Below the pieces are notes generated by a model. That model ran no database searches. It was not told the origin of the DNA and was given only the letters and a program-made list of their open reading frames with translations. From a virus, in the IMG/VR virus record IMGVR_UViG_3300013132_000039, positions 1-64,000 of that record: a DNA stretch of 64,000 nucleotides, one strand, 5' to 3'. This document shows positions 49,683 to 60,318 of the stretch, piece by piece (within the stretch, counting starts at the first letter, position 1; each line of letters starts with the position of its first letter). Both the position numbers and the translations under genes were made by a program.

Positions 49683-52600
49683 ATGGCATTAAGTTCACCA
49701 GGCGTAGAAGTCAAAGTTATTGACGAATCATTTTATACACCAGCTGAGCCTGGCACCGTTCCTCTGATCGTTGTTGCCACAGCTGAAAACAAAACCAACG
49801 GCAGCGGCTCTGGAATCGCCCCAGGCACACTTAAAGCCAATGCTGGAGACATTTATCTTATTACTAGTCAAAGAGATCTTGCAGATACCTTTGGCGATCC
49901 TATCTTCAAAACAGATTCAAGCGGCAATCCAGTTCATGCTGGAGAGCAAAACGAATATGGTTTACAAGCTGCATATAGCTACTTAGGTGTAAGCAATCGT
50001 GCATATGTTGTTCGTGCTGATGTAGACTTAGGTCAACTTGATGCACTGGCAGATGAGCCAACAAGTGATTCCGCAGGTGGAACACATTGGTTAGATACCG
50101 CAACTAGCACTTGGGGAATATTTGAGTGGAATGGAGCTGCTGTTACAACAACAGGCGGGCAGACATTTACTAACAAAAAGCCCTTAATTATTACTGAATC
50201 TAGTAAAGTTAATCCTGTAAACGGATTTCCAAAGAATTCGGTTGGAGCTATCGGTGACTACGCGGTAGTGAGTGTTGATACAGACACAACTACTGGATCA
50301 TTAACAACTATACACGGTAATAGTTATGAAAATGCTATCTATTATAAAAAATCATCAGGTTGGGTACAGGTCGGATCAACAAGCTGGATTAACAGCAGTT
50401 TATCGTTACAAATAAGCCCACATACTGATATACCACTATGGAAAACAAATGAAAGTAATGCGGCTACCGGAAGCGTTTGGATTAAAACAACATCACCAAA
50501 TGCAGGAGTTAGCCTTAAGGTAAAACGTTGGAACTCCAGCACATTATTATGGGACAGATTAAGTTGTCCAGTATATGATAATGGGCATAGTGCAGTTTAC
50601 GGGTTAGATCCAACTGGTGGCGGAAAAAATATTCTTACTGGATCTTTGTATGCTCAAACAAATCATACAGAAGACAGTCAAAAATTAGTTAATTTTAAAC
50701 TTTATATTCGTGGCGCTTTTGGTTCTACTGTAGTAACAAGTAATAAAATTTTAGCAACAACATTTGTAGATGGCACTAGCTATACTTTCCAAATGCGTGA
50801 AAGTCTGCTAGATGGTACATTAGATACAGCGAAAACTATTACATTTACTGCTGCAACTACAACTGGCGACGATTCTACAGAGGCACCTACAGATGCTGAA
50901 TCATTAGCCAGTGCAATTAGTGCTGCTGGATTTAATTTTGTTCAAGCAGAAGTTGACTCTCAAAACAGATTAGTAATAAAGCATATCGGCGGAGGTGAAA
51001 TGCGCTTTGATAATGGCGGCGGCACTAGCCCATTACCATTAATATTTGCTGTATATCAGTATGAGCCTGGTTCAAATAACAATTCAAGAACACGCTTCTT
51101 ACAAGATGCTCCAGATGCAACAAATGAATATATTGCCAGCAATTGGGAACCATTAGTATATGCCTCATCATCAACAGCACCAGCTAGAATCCCACTAGAT
51201 GGTCAGCTATGGTATAGCAGTATTATTGATGAAGTTGACATTATGGTACATAATGGTACAACCTGGAAGGGATATCAAAATGTTTATCCAAACGCCAGCG
51301 CTCCTTTCGTTGCTGCTAGCGCACCTGAAACAAAAGCAGACGGTGTAACAGCATTGGAAAACGGAGATATTTGGATTGATAGTAGTGATTTAGAAAAATT
51401 TCCACAAATTTATTTTTACAATGCTGCATTGACAAATAGACCTGTAGTAAAACGATGGGTTCAACGTGATACCACTGATCAAAGTACAGAAAATGGTGTA
51501 TTATTTGCTGATGCACGTTGGACAGAAGCTGGTGACGATGCTGGTGCAGAAGCAAGCTCAATAACTGATTTGCTTGTGAGTGACTTTTTAGACCCAGATG
51601 CTCCAGATCCTGCACTATATCCAAAAGGTATGCTGCTATGGAATCTACGTCGTAGCGGGTTTAATGTAAAACAATTTAAGCGTGATTATATTGATACAAC
51701 AGCTGGTAATCCACGTGATAATGATAGCTCAATGGCTGATTACTATCCACATCGTTGGGTAACAGTATCAAGCAATCAAGACGATGGTAGTGGTAGCTTT
51801 GGTCATAAGGCACAAAGAAAGTACATTGTAAAACAATTACAAGCAGTAGTTAATAACAATGACGAACTAAGAGATGAAGAACGTAGAGTGTTTAACTTAT
51901 TAGCCTGTCCAGGGTATCCTGAGCTAATTGGAGAGCTTATTTCATTAAACTATGATAGAGCTTTAACAGGATTTGTTGTTGGTGATAGCCCTGCTAGACT
52001 AACACCAGACGCTACATCTTTATTAAAATGGGCAAGTAACGAAAATGTTGCAAATGAAGACAACGACCTTGGTGCTGCAAGCTACGACGAGTATATGGCT
52101 ATGTTTTATCCTTGGGGCTTCACTAGCGACAACTTCGGTAATAATATTGTAGTACCTCCAAGCCATATGATGCTAAGAACTATAGCATTAAATGACCAGG
52201 TAGCTTATCCTTGGTTTGCTCCAGCTGGTGTTCGTAGAGGTGGTATAACAAATTCAACAGCAGTAGGCTACATTACAAATGAAGGTGAATTTAGAAGTGT
52301 AGCTCTTAATACTGGACAACGTGATACACTATATGAGCAAAAAGTTAATCCTATTACATTTTTAACTGGAACAGGATTAGTTAACTATGGACAGAAAACA
52401 AGAGCAAAAGCAGCAAGTGCTCTAGATCGTATAAATGTTGCACGTTTAGTAGTATACCTACGCAGACAACTAAGTTTATTAGCTAAACCTTACATTTTCG
52501 AGCCAAACGATAAGATAACAAGAGATCAAATTAAGGCAGCAGCAGAAGCCTTACTACTAGAATTAGTAGGACAACGAGCTCTATATGATTATCTAGTTGT

Positions 52601-52745
52601 TTGTGATGATTCAAACAACACACCAAGTAGAATTGATCGTAATGAATTATGGTTAGATATTGCTATCGAACCAGTTAAAGCAGTAGAATTTATCTACATT
52701 CCATTACGTATTAAGAACACTGGCGAAATTGCAAGCTTAGGCTAA
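49683..52745 (+). CDS. gp18: Tail sheath protein
   Basis: MALSSPGVEVKVIDES, YPWFAPAGVRRG, SALDRINVARL, FEPND and IEPVKAVEFIYI. Start is ATG 49683 behind GGAG. Confidence 0.95.
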   Translation: MALSSPGVEVKVIDESFYTPAEPGTVPLIVVATAENKTNGSGSGIAPGTLKANAGDIYLITSQRDLADTFGDPIFKTDSSGNPVHAGEQNEYGLQAAYSYLGVSNRAYVVRADVDLGQLDALADEPTSDSAGGTHWLDTATSTWGIFEWNGAAVTTTGGQTFTNKKPLIITESSKVNPVNGFPKNSVGAIGDYAVVSVDTDTTTGSLTTIHGNSYENAIYYKKSSGWVQVGSTSWINSSLSLQISPHTDIPLWKTNESNAATGSVWIKTTSPNAGVSLKVKRWNSSTLLWDRLSCPVYDNGHSAVYGLDPTGGGKNILTGSLYAQTNHTEDSQKLVNFKLYIRGAFGSTVVTSNKILATTFVDGTSYTFQMRESLLDGTLDTAKTITFTAATTTGDDSTEAPTDAESLASAISAAGFNFVQAEVDSQNRLVIKHIGGGEMRFDNGGGTSPLPLIFAVYQYEPGSNNNSRTRFLQDAPDATNEYIASNWEPLVYASSSTAPARIPLDGQLWYSSIIDEVDIMVHNGTTWKGYQNVYPNASAPFVAASAPETKADGVTALENGDIWIDSSDLEKFPQIYFYNAALTNRPVVKRWVQRDTTDQSTENGVLFADARWTEAGDDAGAEASSITDLLVSDFLDPDAPDPALYPKGMLLWNLRRSGFNVKQFKRDYIDTTAGNPRDNDSSMADYYPHRWVTVSSNQDDGSGSFGHKAQRKYIVKQLQAVVNNNDELRDEERRVFNLLACPGYPELIGELISLNYDRALTGFVVGDSPARLTPDATSLLKWASNENVANEDNDLGAASYDEYMAMFYPWGFTSDNFGNNIVVPPSHMMLRTIALNDQVAYPWFAPAGVRRGGITNSTAVGYITNEGEFRSVALNTGQRDTLYEQKVNPITFLTGTGLVNYGQKTRAKAASALDRINVARLVVYLRRQLSLLAKPYIFEPNDKITRDQIKAAAEALLLELVGQRALYDYLVVCDDSNNTPSRIDRNELWLDIAIEPVKAVEFIYIPLRIKNTGEIASLG

Positions 52746-52759
52746 TTTAGGAGAAAATA

Positions 52760-53401
52760 ATGGCAATCGCTTCATTGAAAAATTTTACAGTTCCACTAGC
52801 ATCTCAATCTGTCGCTACTAATGCTGGCCTATTAATGCCTAAACTGAAATATAGGTTTAGAGTAATATTTCTAAATTTTGGCGCAGGTGGCGGAGCAGTC
52901 GCGGAACTTACAAAACAGGTTGTTGATGCAACCAGACCAAACGTTCAGTTCACAAACGTTCCTATTGAAGTTTATAACAGTAAAGTAAACATTGCTGGTA
53001 AGCACACCTGGCAAACTTTAACTATTAACCTTAGAGACGACGCTACAGGTAATATTAGCAAGTTAGTTGGTGAGCAGCTTCAAAAGCAATTTGACTTTTT
53101 AGAGCAAAGTTCTGCTGTAGCAGCACAAGATTATAAATTCCAAACCAATATTGAAATATTAGATGGCGGTAACGGTGCTGATAATAATACTACTTTAGAA
53201 ACCTGGGAATGTTATGGTTGTTACTTAGAACAAGTTAACTATCAACAATTAGCATATTCTGACAGCAACCCAGTTACTATTTCTTTAACTATCAGACCTG
53301 ATAACTGTTTACAAACAGCTGGTGGCAACTATCCAGGCGTTGGAGCTAAGATAGCTAGATTAGCTGGTACATTGGCAAGCGGACAAACTGTAGGAGGTTA
53401 A
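52760..53401 (+). CDS. gp19: Tail tube protein
   Basis: PKLKYRFRV, AGKHTWQ.LTINLRDD, ETWECYGC; directly after the sheath gene. Confidence 0.88.
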   Translation: MAIASLKNFTVPLASQSVATNAGLLMPKLKYRFRVIFLNFGAGGGAVAELTKQVVDATRPNVQFTNVPIEVYNSKVNIAGKHTWQTLTINLRDDATGNISKLVGEQLQKQFDFLEQSSAVAAQDYKFQTNIEILDGGNGADNNTTLETWECYGCYLEQVNYQQLAYSDSNPVTISLTIRPDNCLQTAGGNYPGVGAKIARLAGTLASGQTVGG

Positions 53402-53412
53402 AGTTTTAATTC

Positions 53413-53443
53413 ACAAAAAAACACCCTCAAGGTGTTTTTTTGT
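53413..53443. terminator. Bidirectional intrinsic terminator after gp19
   Basis: ACAAAAAAACACC-ctcaa-GGTGTTTTTTTGT, a 13-bp perfect stem. Confidence 0.8.
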
Positions 53444-53488
53444 AGAGGTTCATTAACTGCGTATATTATATTTCTAATAAATATTTAT

Positions 53489-54577
53489 ATGACAAGTAAA
53501 AGTAATAGTTGGTTCATTAATAATTTAACCAGTCCTAAGGGTCAGGTAGCTGACTTTCAACACGCAGCAAGGTTGTTTGTTGATGATGATCTTAGACTTG
53601 CTCCTAAGCTAAAATTTCAATTTCACGTCAGTTTTAGTGTTAACCCATCTGCTCTTAAAAGTTTAAATTTTAATTATAGGCATCAGGAAGAGTTCAATAT
53701 GTTAGTAAAAACTGTTGAACTTCCAAAATTTCAAGTACAGGTTGACACCTTAAACCAGTATAATAGAAGAAAAGTTACACAGGTTAAGCTAGATTACCAA
53801 CCAGTAGTAATAACCTTTCATGAAGATAATAGTAATGTTGTAAGGACATTATGGGATAGCTATTATAGCTACTATTATGCTGATAATGATGCATCAAAAA
53901 TTAAGGCAAACTATATTAGATCATCTATGTTAGGACCTAGTTTTATTAGAACTCCATATGGATTTGATAACGGAAGTACTGTGCCATTTTTTAATAATAT
54001 TACAATCTATCTAATGGCGAGACATAGGTATAATTCAGTACAATTAATTAATCCTGTAATTACTGCTTTTACTCATGATACTGCAAATTACGCTGAATCA
54101 AGTCCTATACAGAATTCGATGACTTTAGCATACGAAGCAGTTAACTATGATGAAGGAAATGTTTCAAAAGGTAATCCACCGGGATTCGCTTCTAGTCACT
54201 ATGATCACACTCCTAGTCCGCTAAGTTTAGCAGGCGGTGGTACTGCTACAGTTTTTGGGCCAGGAGGAGTACTAGCAGGTGCTTCAACTATATTCGGTGA
54301 CCTAGCATCAGGAAAAACATTTGATAATCCAGCAAATTTTTTAACCACTGCAATACAAACTATTAATACATATCAAAATGCAAAAAGTTTAACAAAAGCA
54401 GGAGTTAAAAATGAATTACAAAATATTGCTGTGAAAGGAATAACTGCCGGTGCACGAGAATTAAATACTCCTAATTCCCCTTATAATAGACAGTTTCCTG
54501 TAAATGATACCGGTAATCAACAAGATACAACAAAAGGAACACCATATGGAGGATCGACCCAGGGAGGTGGCCCATGA
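53489..54577 (+). CDS. Baseplate tail-tube initiator-like protein (gp54/gp48 type)
   Basis: Tube-fold motif VELPKF...NQYNRRK...YQPVVITFHED. Start is ATG 53489, 5 nt after TAAATA. Confidence 0.65.
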   Translation: MTSKSNSWFINNLTSPKGQVADFQHAARLFVDDDLRLAPKLKFQFHVSFSVNPSALKSLNFNYRHQEEFNMLVKTVELPKFQVQVDTLNQYNRRKVTQVKLDYQPVVITFHEDNSNVVRTLWDSYYSYYYADNDASKIKANYIRSSMLGPSFIRTPYGFDNGSTVPFFNNITIYLMARHRYNSVQLINPVITAFTHDTANYAESSPIQNSMTLAYEAVNYDEGNVSKGNPPGFASSHYDHTPSPLSLAGGGTATVFGPGGVLAGASTIFGDLASGKTFDNPANFLTTAIQTINTYQNAKSLTKAGVKNELQNIAVKGITAGARELNTPNSPYNRQFPVNDTGNQQDTTKGTPYGGSTQGGGP

Positions 54578-54948
54578 TAGATAAACAAAATTTTCCTAGC
54601 AATTCTCCTCCTGATAGCTCAGCTAAGGTTAAGTCTTTTTTTGATCGCTATTTTTTACATCAAATAACATTTCCTAGTAATCAAATAGATGCTGTTGTGG
54701 GACATTTTATTAAACGTGGGTTCGATGAAATTGCTGCCAAAAGTACAGCTATAGTATTACTTACACAAAGTAGACTAGAAAATGTAAATGTTTTTCAATT
54801 ACTAGATACATTAAAAGGTGTGTCAGACCAAGAACTTAGCCTTGTAGTAGCAGAAATTTTAAACGTTTATAGAGAAAAAACTAGCAGTTTAGGCTTTAAA
54901 AGCACTACGTTAACTGAAAATTACGAGAGCAGAAATATTCGTCAATGA
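54574..54948 (+). CDS. Hypothetical protein
   Basis: 124 aa, ATGA-coupled to neighbouring genes. Confidence 0.7.
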   Translation: MIDKQNFPSNSPPDSSAKVKSFFDRYFLHQITFPSNQIDAVVGHFIKRGFDEIAAKSTAIVLLTQSRLENVNVFQLLDTLKGVSDQELSLVVAEILNVYREKTSSLGFKSTTLTENYESRNIRQ

Positions 54949-55376
54949 AACGAAACTACGCTCAAGGAAAATATAACATATCTAATCCTGACAAATACGT
55001 GGGCAATCGCCAACCTACATATAGATCAAGCTGGGAATGGAACTTTATGAGGTTCTGCGACAGCAATCCTAACATATTAAAATGGGCCAGTGAAGCAATT
55101 AAAATTCCATATAAAGATCCTTTTACAGGACGACAAACAATTTATGTGCCTGATTTTTTTATACAATATGTAGATAAAAACAGTAAAGTTCATACCGAAC
55201 TTATTGAAGTTAAGCCTGCAAGTCAAACACTAAAAGAGCACGTAGGTAAAAGTAAACATAATCAAGTACAATATGCTAAAAATCAATATAAATGGCGTGC
55301 TGCTTATGAATGGTGCGGTAAACAAGGAATAAAATTTCGAATCTTAACCGAAAATGATTTGTTCACCAATAGATAA
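54945..55376 (+). CDS. gp4: Head completion nuclease (TnsA-like PD-(D/E)xK)
   Basis: NPDKYVG, YRSSWE, WASE.I.IPY, YVPDF, IEVKP and FRILTE. Confidence 0.92.
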   Translation: MKRNYAQGKYNISNPDKYVGNRQPTYRSSWEWNFMRFCDSNPNILKWASEAIKIPYKDPFTGRQTIYVPDFFIQYVDKNSKVHTELIEVKPASQTLKEHVGKSKHNQVQYAKNQYKWRAAYEWCGKQGIKFRILTENDLFTNR

Positions 55377-55384
55377 GTATTTGT

Positions 55385-55855
55385 ATGAAAAAACTTGAAG
55401 AAATACTTAATTTACCTGAAAGCAAAAAAACTATTAAAAAAGCTGAGAGAGAAGAAATTAAAACAGCGAATCAACCTATGCTACGGGACATAGGAGAGTT
55501 TGATAAAATAAGTGCTGCTCTACCACAGGTTAAAGGGTTAGGCGATATGAGCGATAGTGAATTTGATTCATTAGCTCAACGTGCTACCGATGCTTTTGAT
55601 GATCTTATGGATCTTGGAATGAATGTAGAAGCTAGATACAGTGGTCGTGTATTTGAAGTAGCTAGTACAATGTTAAAAAATGCTATTGATGCTAAAGCAG
55701 CAAAAATAGATAAAAAGTTAAAAATGATTGAATTACAAATAAAGAAAGAAAAGTTAGACAAAGAAACTTCTAATGAAGGAATCGATGTAAGTGGCACTGG
55801 AGTTATTGTGACAGATCGCAATAGCCTAATTGAAAAACTTAAGAATATGAAATAA
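55385..55855 (+). CDS. Probable terminase small subunit (gp16-like)
   Basis: Helical, with RVFEVASTMLK resembling the gp16 RAYEV motif; near gp17. Confidence 0.5.
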   Translation: MKKLEEILNLPESKKTIKKAEREEIKTANQPMLRDIGEFDKISAALPQVKGLGDMSDSEFDSLAQRATDAFDDLMDLGMNVEARYSGRVFEVASTMLKNAIDAKAAKIDKKLKMIELQIKKEKLDKETSNEGIDVSGTGVIVTDRNSLIEKLKNMK

Positions 55856-55876
55856 ATATATTATTAGGATCACGGT

Positions 55877-56491
55877 ATGAAATCGTTTAAAGAATACTTA
55901 GTTGAAAGTCAAGAAGAAAAAATCTACAGCTTTAAGTTAAAAGTTGCAGGTGAGCTGCCTGATAATTTTGAAGATGTTGTAGAAACTTGTCTAAAAAAAT
56001 ATGAATGTTGCAAATTTTCAAAGTCAAAAACAGTCCCTATCCAAGAAACATTACCTGACTTTCCTGATCTTAAAAATTTAGAAGTTAGCGTGTTTGATGT
56101 TGATTGCAAGTATCCTACAACAAGCACAGTTTTAACAAGCTATATTGCAGAACATACAGGTGTGCCTGTTAGCTTTGTAAAAGTAAGAAGTCTACGGGAA
56201 GAAGAAGCAGCAGAGGTTAAAGAAAATCCAGAAACAAGTGGCGGAAAAGCTCTTATTGGCCAATGTGACTTTCCTAAAGAAAACCATCAAAGTTTAGTAG
56301 GTGAAAAACACGTTTCTGCTTTCCTAAAAGAACTTGCTAAAGAACGTAAAAAGAACGAGCCACAGCAATACAAAGGTGTAAATGACCAGTTACTAGCTAA
56401 AAAGGCTCATAGAGAAAAAGCCAATGAAATGGCAAAACCAGGACCAGCAAAAAGTGCCCTTAAGGGTCTAACTGGCAGATTCTCTAATTAA
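55877..56491 (+). CDS. Hypothetical protein with a T4-like capsid-targeting N-terminus
   Basis: MKSFKEYLVE; late promoter core at 55853-55858. Confidence 0.65.
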   Translation: MKSFKEYLVESQEEKIYSFKLKVAGELPDNFEDVVETCLKKYECCKFSKSKTVPIQETLPDFPDLKNLEVSVFDVDCKYPTTSTVLTSYIAEHTGVPVSFVKVRSLREEEAAEVKENPETSGGKALIGQCDFPKENHQSLVGEKHVSAFLKELAKERKKNEPQQYKGVNDQLLAKKAHREKANEMAKPGPAKSALKGLTGRFSN

Positions 56492-56501
56492 GGACATCAA
56501 A

Positions 56502-57095
56502 ATGAATTTTCAAGAACTTTATAAAAAAATATATGAATTAGATAATCCTGTCGTAGAAGAACCCAATGAAGGCAACGCTTATGGACAGGCAGTTCAAAAC
56601 ACTCCTCCCGGTGAAGAAATTAAAATTAATGGCAAGGGGACAGGAGACATTAAACGAGAAGAAACTTTATCAAATGAGTGTGGACCAGAGATGGGGCCTG
56701 GTCCATCTACTCAACAGGATAATGTTAGTATGAATGTTAATATGAGTGGTAGTGGTTCAGGCGGTATTAGAGATTTAATTAATATCCTTAAAAACATTGA
56801 AGGAGAACACGGTGGTGGCAGTGATGACCTAGGCGATTTGATCGGAAAAATGGACCACCCACATGACGATGAACACGGTGATATGGGGGCTAAAAAAGGT
56901 GTAGTAATAGGTGATGACCAGCCAGTTGACGAATTCGCCAATGAGCCTTCAGAACAAAATCTTCCATTGCCTATGGCCGGAAATGATTTGCATAAGCCAC
57001 ACGGAAATTATCCAGCAACACAACCTGGAGATAATCCTATGGCAGTTGCGAGAATACGCGAAAATTTAGAAAACTTATATAAAAAATATCAATAA
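56502..57095 (+). CDS. Hypothetical acidic protein (head-associated?)
   Basis: 197 aa; EGNAYG, DEFANEP and GDNPMAV. Confidence 0.65.
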   Translation: MNFQELYKKIYELDNPVVEEPNEGNAYGQAVQNTPPGEEIKINGKGTGDIKREETLSNECGPEMGPGPSTQQDNVSMNVNMSGSGSGGIRDLINILKNIEGEHGGGSDDLGDLIGKMDHPHDDEHGDMGAKKGVVIGDDQPVDEFANEPSEQNLPLPMAGNDLHKPHGNYPATQPGDNPMAVARIRENLENLYKKYQ

Positions 57096-57115
57096 TCCTT
57101 GTAACCAAAACTTCT

Positions 57116-57143
57116 AAATAGGCTCATAGAGCCTATTTTTTTC
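57116..57143 (+). terminator. Intrinsic terminator
   Basis: AAATAGGCTC-ata-GAGCCTATTT followed by a T run. Confidence 0.8.
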
Positions 57144-57154
57144 TTAAATACATT

Positions 57155-58747
57155 ATGGCTGGAAAAAGTTTAGACGGTGTCTTAATTAAAAAGGCACATA
57201 AGCAAACATCATTCACTAATGATCAGGTAGAAGACCTTGTTAAGTGTAGTGCCGATAATGGCTATCATTATTTTTGTGATAATTTCTTTTACATACAACA
57301 TCCTGTAAGAGGTAAGCTTTTATTTGCACCTTTTACTTACCAAACACGTTTATTAGATGCATATCATTTTCATAGATTTAATGTAAACTTATTACCACGA
57401 CAAATGGGTAAAACTACCTGTGCCGCAGGATATCTGCTTTGGTATGCAATGTTTCATCCTGATCAAACTATTTTAATTTCAGCACACAAATATACAGGGT
57501 CGCAGGAAATTATGCAGCGTATTCGATATGGCTATGAATTGTGTCCCGACCATATACGATGTGGTGTAACAAACTATAACAAAGGTAGCATAGAATTTGA
57601 CAACGGCAGTCGTATTGTAAGCACAACTACTACTGAAAACACAGGACGAGGTATGAGTATTAGTTTACTCTACTGTGACGAGTTTGCTTTTGTGCCACCT
57701 AATATTGCTGCTGAATTTTGGACCTCAATAAGTCCTACACTAGCAACTGGTGGTAAATGTATTATTACTAGCACACCTAACAGTGACGAAGATACATTTG
57801 CTATGATATGGAAGGAAGCTAACAAGAAATTTGATGAGTATGGTAATGAACGTGAAGTAGGTATTAATGGCTTTTATCCCTTTACCTGTCAATGGGATGA
57901 ACACCCTGACAGAGACGATGCTTGGGCTACAGAAGAACGGGGGCGCATTGGAGAAGAACGTTTTCGTCGTGAATATAACTGCGAATTCTTAATCTATGAT
58001 GAAACACTTATCAATAGTATTCATTTAGCCGGAATGGAAGGAAAAGCACCTATTTTAAATATGGGACAAATACGATGGTATAAAACTCCTAGTAAAGAAT
58101 TCAGTTATGCTATTGCACTAGATCCTAGCTTAGGAACAGGTGGAAATAATGCTGCTATAGAGATATTTGAATTACCTAGCTTCACACAGGTCGGAGAATG
58201 GCAGCACAACCTTACTCAAATAAGCCAGCAAGTAAAAATTATGAGAGATATTTTACGCTACATCTCAGAATGTATCGGTGAAGATAACAATAATAATATC
58301 TATTGGAGTATAGAAAATAATAACATAGGTGAAGCAGGACTAATATGTATAAGAGACTTAGGTGAAGAAACTTTTCCAGGGCTTTTTATCAGTGAACCAA
58401 TAAGAAAGGGGCACGTTAGAAAATTCCGAAAAGGATTTAATACAACTCACAAAACTAAAATTAGTGCTTGTGCCAGATTAAAGTACCTAATAGAATCTAA
58501 TAAACTCACTGTTAATAGCAAGCCTCTTGTTTCAGAGTTAAAAACTTTTGTGGCAAGTGGAATTACCTATAAGGCCAAGCTAGAAGAGCAAGATGACTTA
58601 GTAAGTGCCTGTTTACTTATTGTAAGAATGACTCAAATTTTAGCAGATTGGGATAGCAAAATATTTGATGCTTTCAGCACAAATGAAGCCTGGAATGAAG
58701 AAGAATATGAACCCCCTATGCCTATTTTCATTTCAACAGCCCTTTGA
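57155..58747 (+). CDS. gp17: Terminase large subunit
   Basis: Walker A PRQMGKTT, Walker B LLYCDEFAF, ITSTPN, FRREYNCEF, and nuclease motifs ALDPS and DDLV. Confidence 0.97.
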   Translation: MAGKSLDGVLIKKAHKQTSFTNDQVEDLVKCSADNGYHYFCDNFFYIQHPVRGKLLFAPFTYQTRLLDAYHFHRFNVNLLPRQMGKTTCAAGYLLWYAMFHPDQTILISAHKYTGSQEIMQRIRYGYELCPDHIRCGVTNYNKGSIEFDNGSRIVSTTTTENTGRGMSISLLYCDEFAFVPPNIAAEFWTSISPTLATGGKCIITSTPNSDEDTFAMIWKEANKKFDEYGNEREVGINGFYPFTCQWDEHPDRDDAWATEERGRIGEERFRREYNCEFLIYDETLINSIHLAGMEGKAPILNMGQIRWYKTPSKEFSYAIALDPSLGTGGNNAAIEIFELPSFTQVGEWQHNLTQISQQVKIMRDILRYISECIGEDNNNNIYWSIENNNIGEAGLICIRDLGEETFPGLFISEPIRKGHVRKFRKGFNTTHKTKISACARLKYLIESNKLTVNSKPLVSELKTFVASGITYKAKLEEQDDLVSACLLIVRMTQILADWDSKIFDAFSTNEAWNEEEYEPPMPIFISTAL

Positions 58748-58758
58748 TAAATATAGTT

Positions 58759-60318
58759 ATGGAAAAAAACCTAGAAAATATTGCTATGGAACTTTTTGGA
58801 AAATTACGAACTCAATTTCCAAGCATCAAATTACGAGATAAAGATGAAGATCCTACTGATAGAGCAAAAGATGCTAGGTTTTTTGAATTTAACTATGTAA
58901 AAAATAATATAGACCTAGGCACAATTACAGTAAGTATAGACGATAACCCAGGTGAAGAAAGCGACGGCTTAGTAGTAATGTATAGTCAAGATATAGTTGC
59001 TAATCAACCTGAGCCTATTAAACATAGATGGTTTCGTTTTTTAGAAAGCTTAAGTGATTTTGCAAGTAGACATTTTATGGAATATAACATTAGAGATATA
59101 ACAAAAAGCAATTTAGATTCTAGACAGCAGTTATATTTGGCCAATAATCGCGGAGATGGCGCAATGAGTGAAAGTAAAAAATTATGGGGAACTTCCAGGA
59201 CCAGTTTTCAGGAAATGGGAGAAGCAAAACTAATAGTAAAACATAGCAAACCTGTTAACTATGACATTCCAGCTGGTCGTGCTATGCATATTGAAAGCAT
59301 CTTTGTTGAAAGCTCTGAAGGAGAACGCTTCAAATATCCATTTAAACATTTAAACGGAGCAAGAGCTTTAGCTGTTCACGTAGCTCACGGCGGAACTAGC
59401 TATGATCCAATTGGCCAACACATAATCGGATTAAGTGAAGAATTATCTAAACTTAGAATGTTTAAAGGCTATGTAGACCGTAATGAAATGGTTAGTGAAG
59501 CAATGGGCAATATACAAGGTAAAGTCTTAGAGCGCATTGATCAGGTCAAAAAAGAAATCCACAGTCTACAAAGTAAAAACTATTATCAATCATTTGCAGA
59601 AAGTTTTACTGCCAATGACAAGGTAGAGATCCCAGAAGATATTGTTAATGATTGGGTAGACAGATTAACTATTAGAAGCTTCAATGAAGAACTTAAAAAT
59701 GTATTTCCATACATTTATAAACTAGTAGGAGAAGATTCGGGACCAGTCAAAGAGCTAACACCAGAAGATCTAATTAATGGTAATAGCACACAGGACCCTG
59801 TAAATGAAATTGAATCTGAGCTTAAAGAACTTAGTGACTTTGAAGCATATATGCATGAACTGGCAATGACCGAAGCGGAAAAAGATGATCCACCGTTTGA
59901 CCCAGATCCGCCTAAGGAAAAGAAAGATGCTGGGGATAACGCAGAGCACGGCGGGCATAGTCGTGCCAAACACCTAGCCAAGGCAGCTATGGAAAAAGCC
60001 AAAAAAGCAGGAGCTAAAAAAGAAACTATTATCAATTTAGGCGGTCAAGATATGACACTTGGCGAAGCAGCCGCTATGGTTGGCATTGATGCAGATGAAT
60101 TCTTTACAGAAAGCAAAGGTGCTCAAGAAGTAGTAGAATTTATTAAGTCAATGTATGACGAAAATACCGGACAGTTCCCTAAAGGTGAAGAAGGTGTTAA
60201 GATTGCAGTAGAAAAAGAATTCGGTGAAGACGCAGGCCAAATTGCAGAACGGGTGATGGCTGAGTTAAATCAAGTGTTTGAAAGTAATAGAATTAGGAAA
60301 TTAGCTGGTTTGATTTAA
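58759..60318 (+). CDS. Conserved hypothetical (likely head-associated) protein
   Basis: About 519 aa; GERFKYPFKHLNGARALAVHV; C-terminal RIRKLAGLI. Start is ATG 58759 after TAAATA. Confidence 0.7.
   Translation: MEKNLENIAMELFGKLRTQFPSIKLRDKDEDPTDRAKDARFFEFNYVKNNIDLGTITVSIDDNPGEESDGLVVMYSQDIVANQPEPIKHRWFRFLESLSDFASRHFMEYNIRDITKSNLDSRQQLYLANNRGDGAMSESKKLWGTSRTSFQEMGEAKLIVKHSKPVNYDIPAGRAMHIESIFVESSEGERFKYPFKHLNGARALAVHVAHGGTSYDPIGQHIIGLSEELSKLRMFKGYVDRNEMVSEAMGNIQGKVLERIDQVKKEIHSLQSKNYYQSFAESFTANDKVEIPEDIVNDWVDRLTIRSFNEELKNVFPYIYKLVGEDSGPVKELTPEDLINGNSTQDPVNEIESELKELSDFEAYMHELAMTEAEKDDPPFDPDPPKEKKDAGDNAEHGGHSRAKHLAKAAMEKAKKAGAKKETIINLGGQDMTLGEAAAMVGIDADEFFTESKGAQEVVEFIKSMYDENTGQFPKGEEGVKIAVEKEFGEDAGQIAERVMAELNQVFESNRIRKLAGLI

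Noticed and set aside
54945-55376. TnsA transposase / Tn7-like element
   Set aside because: The TnsA-like fold is expected for T4 gp4 head completion protein; no tnsBC genes or transposon ends.
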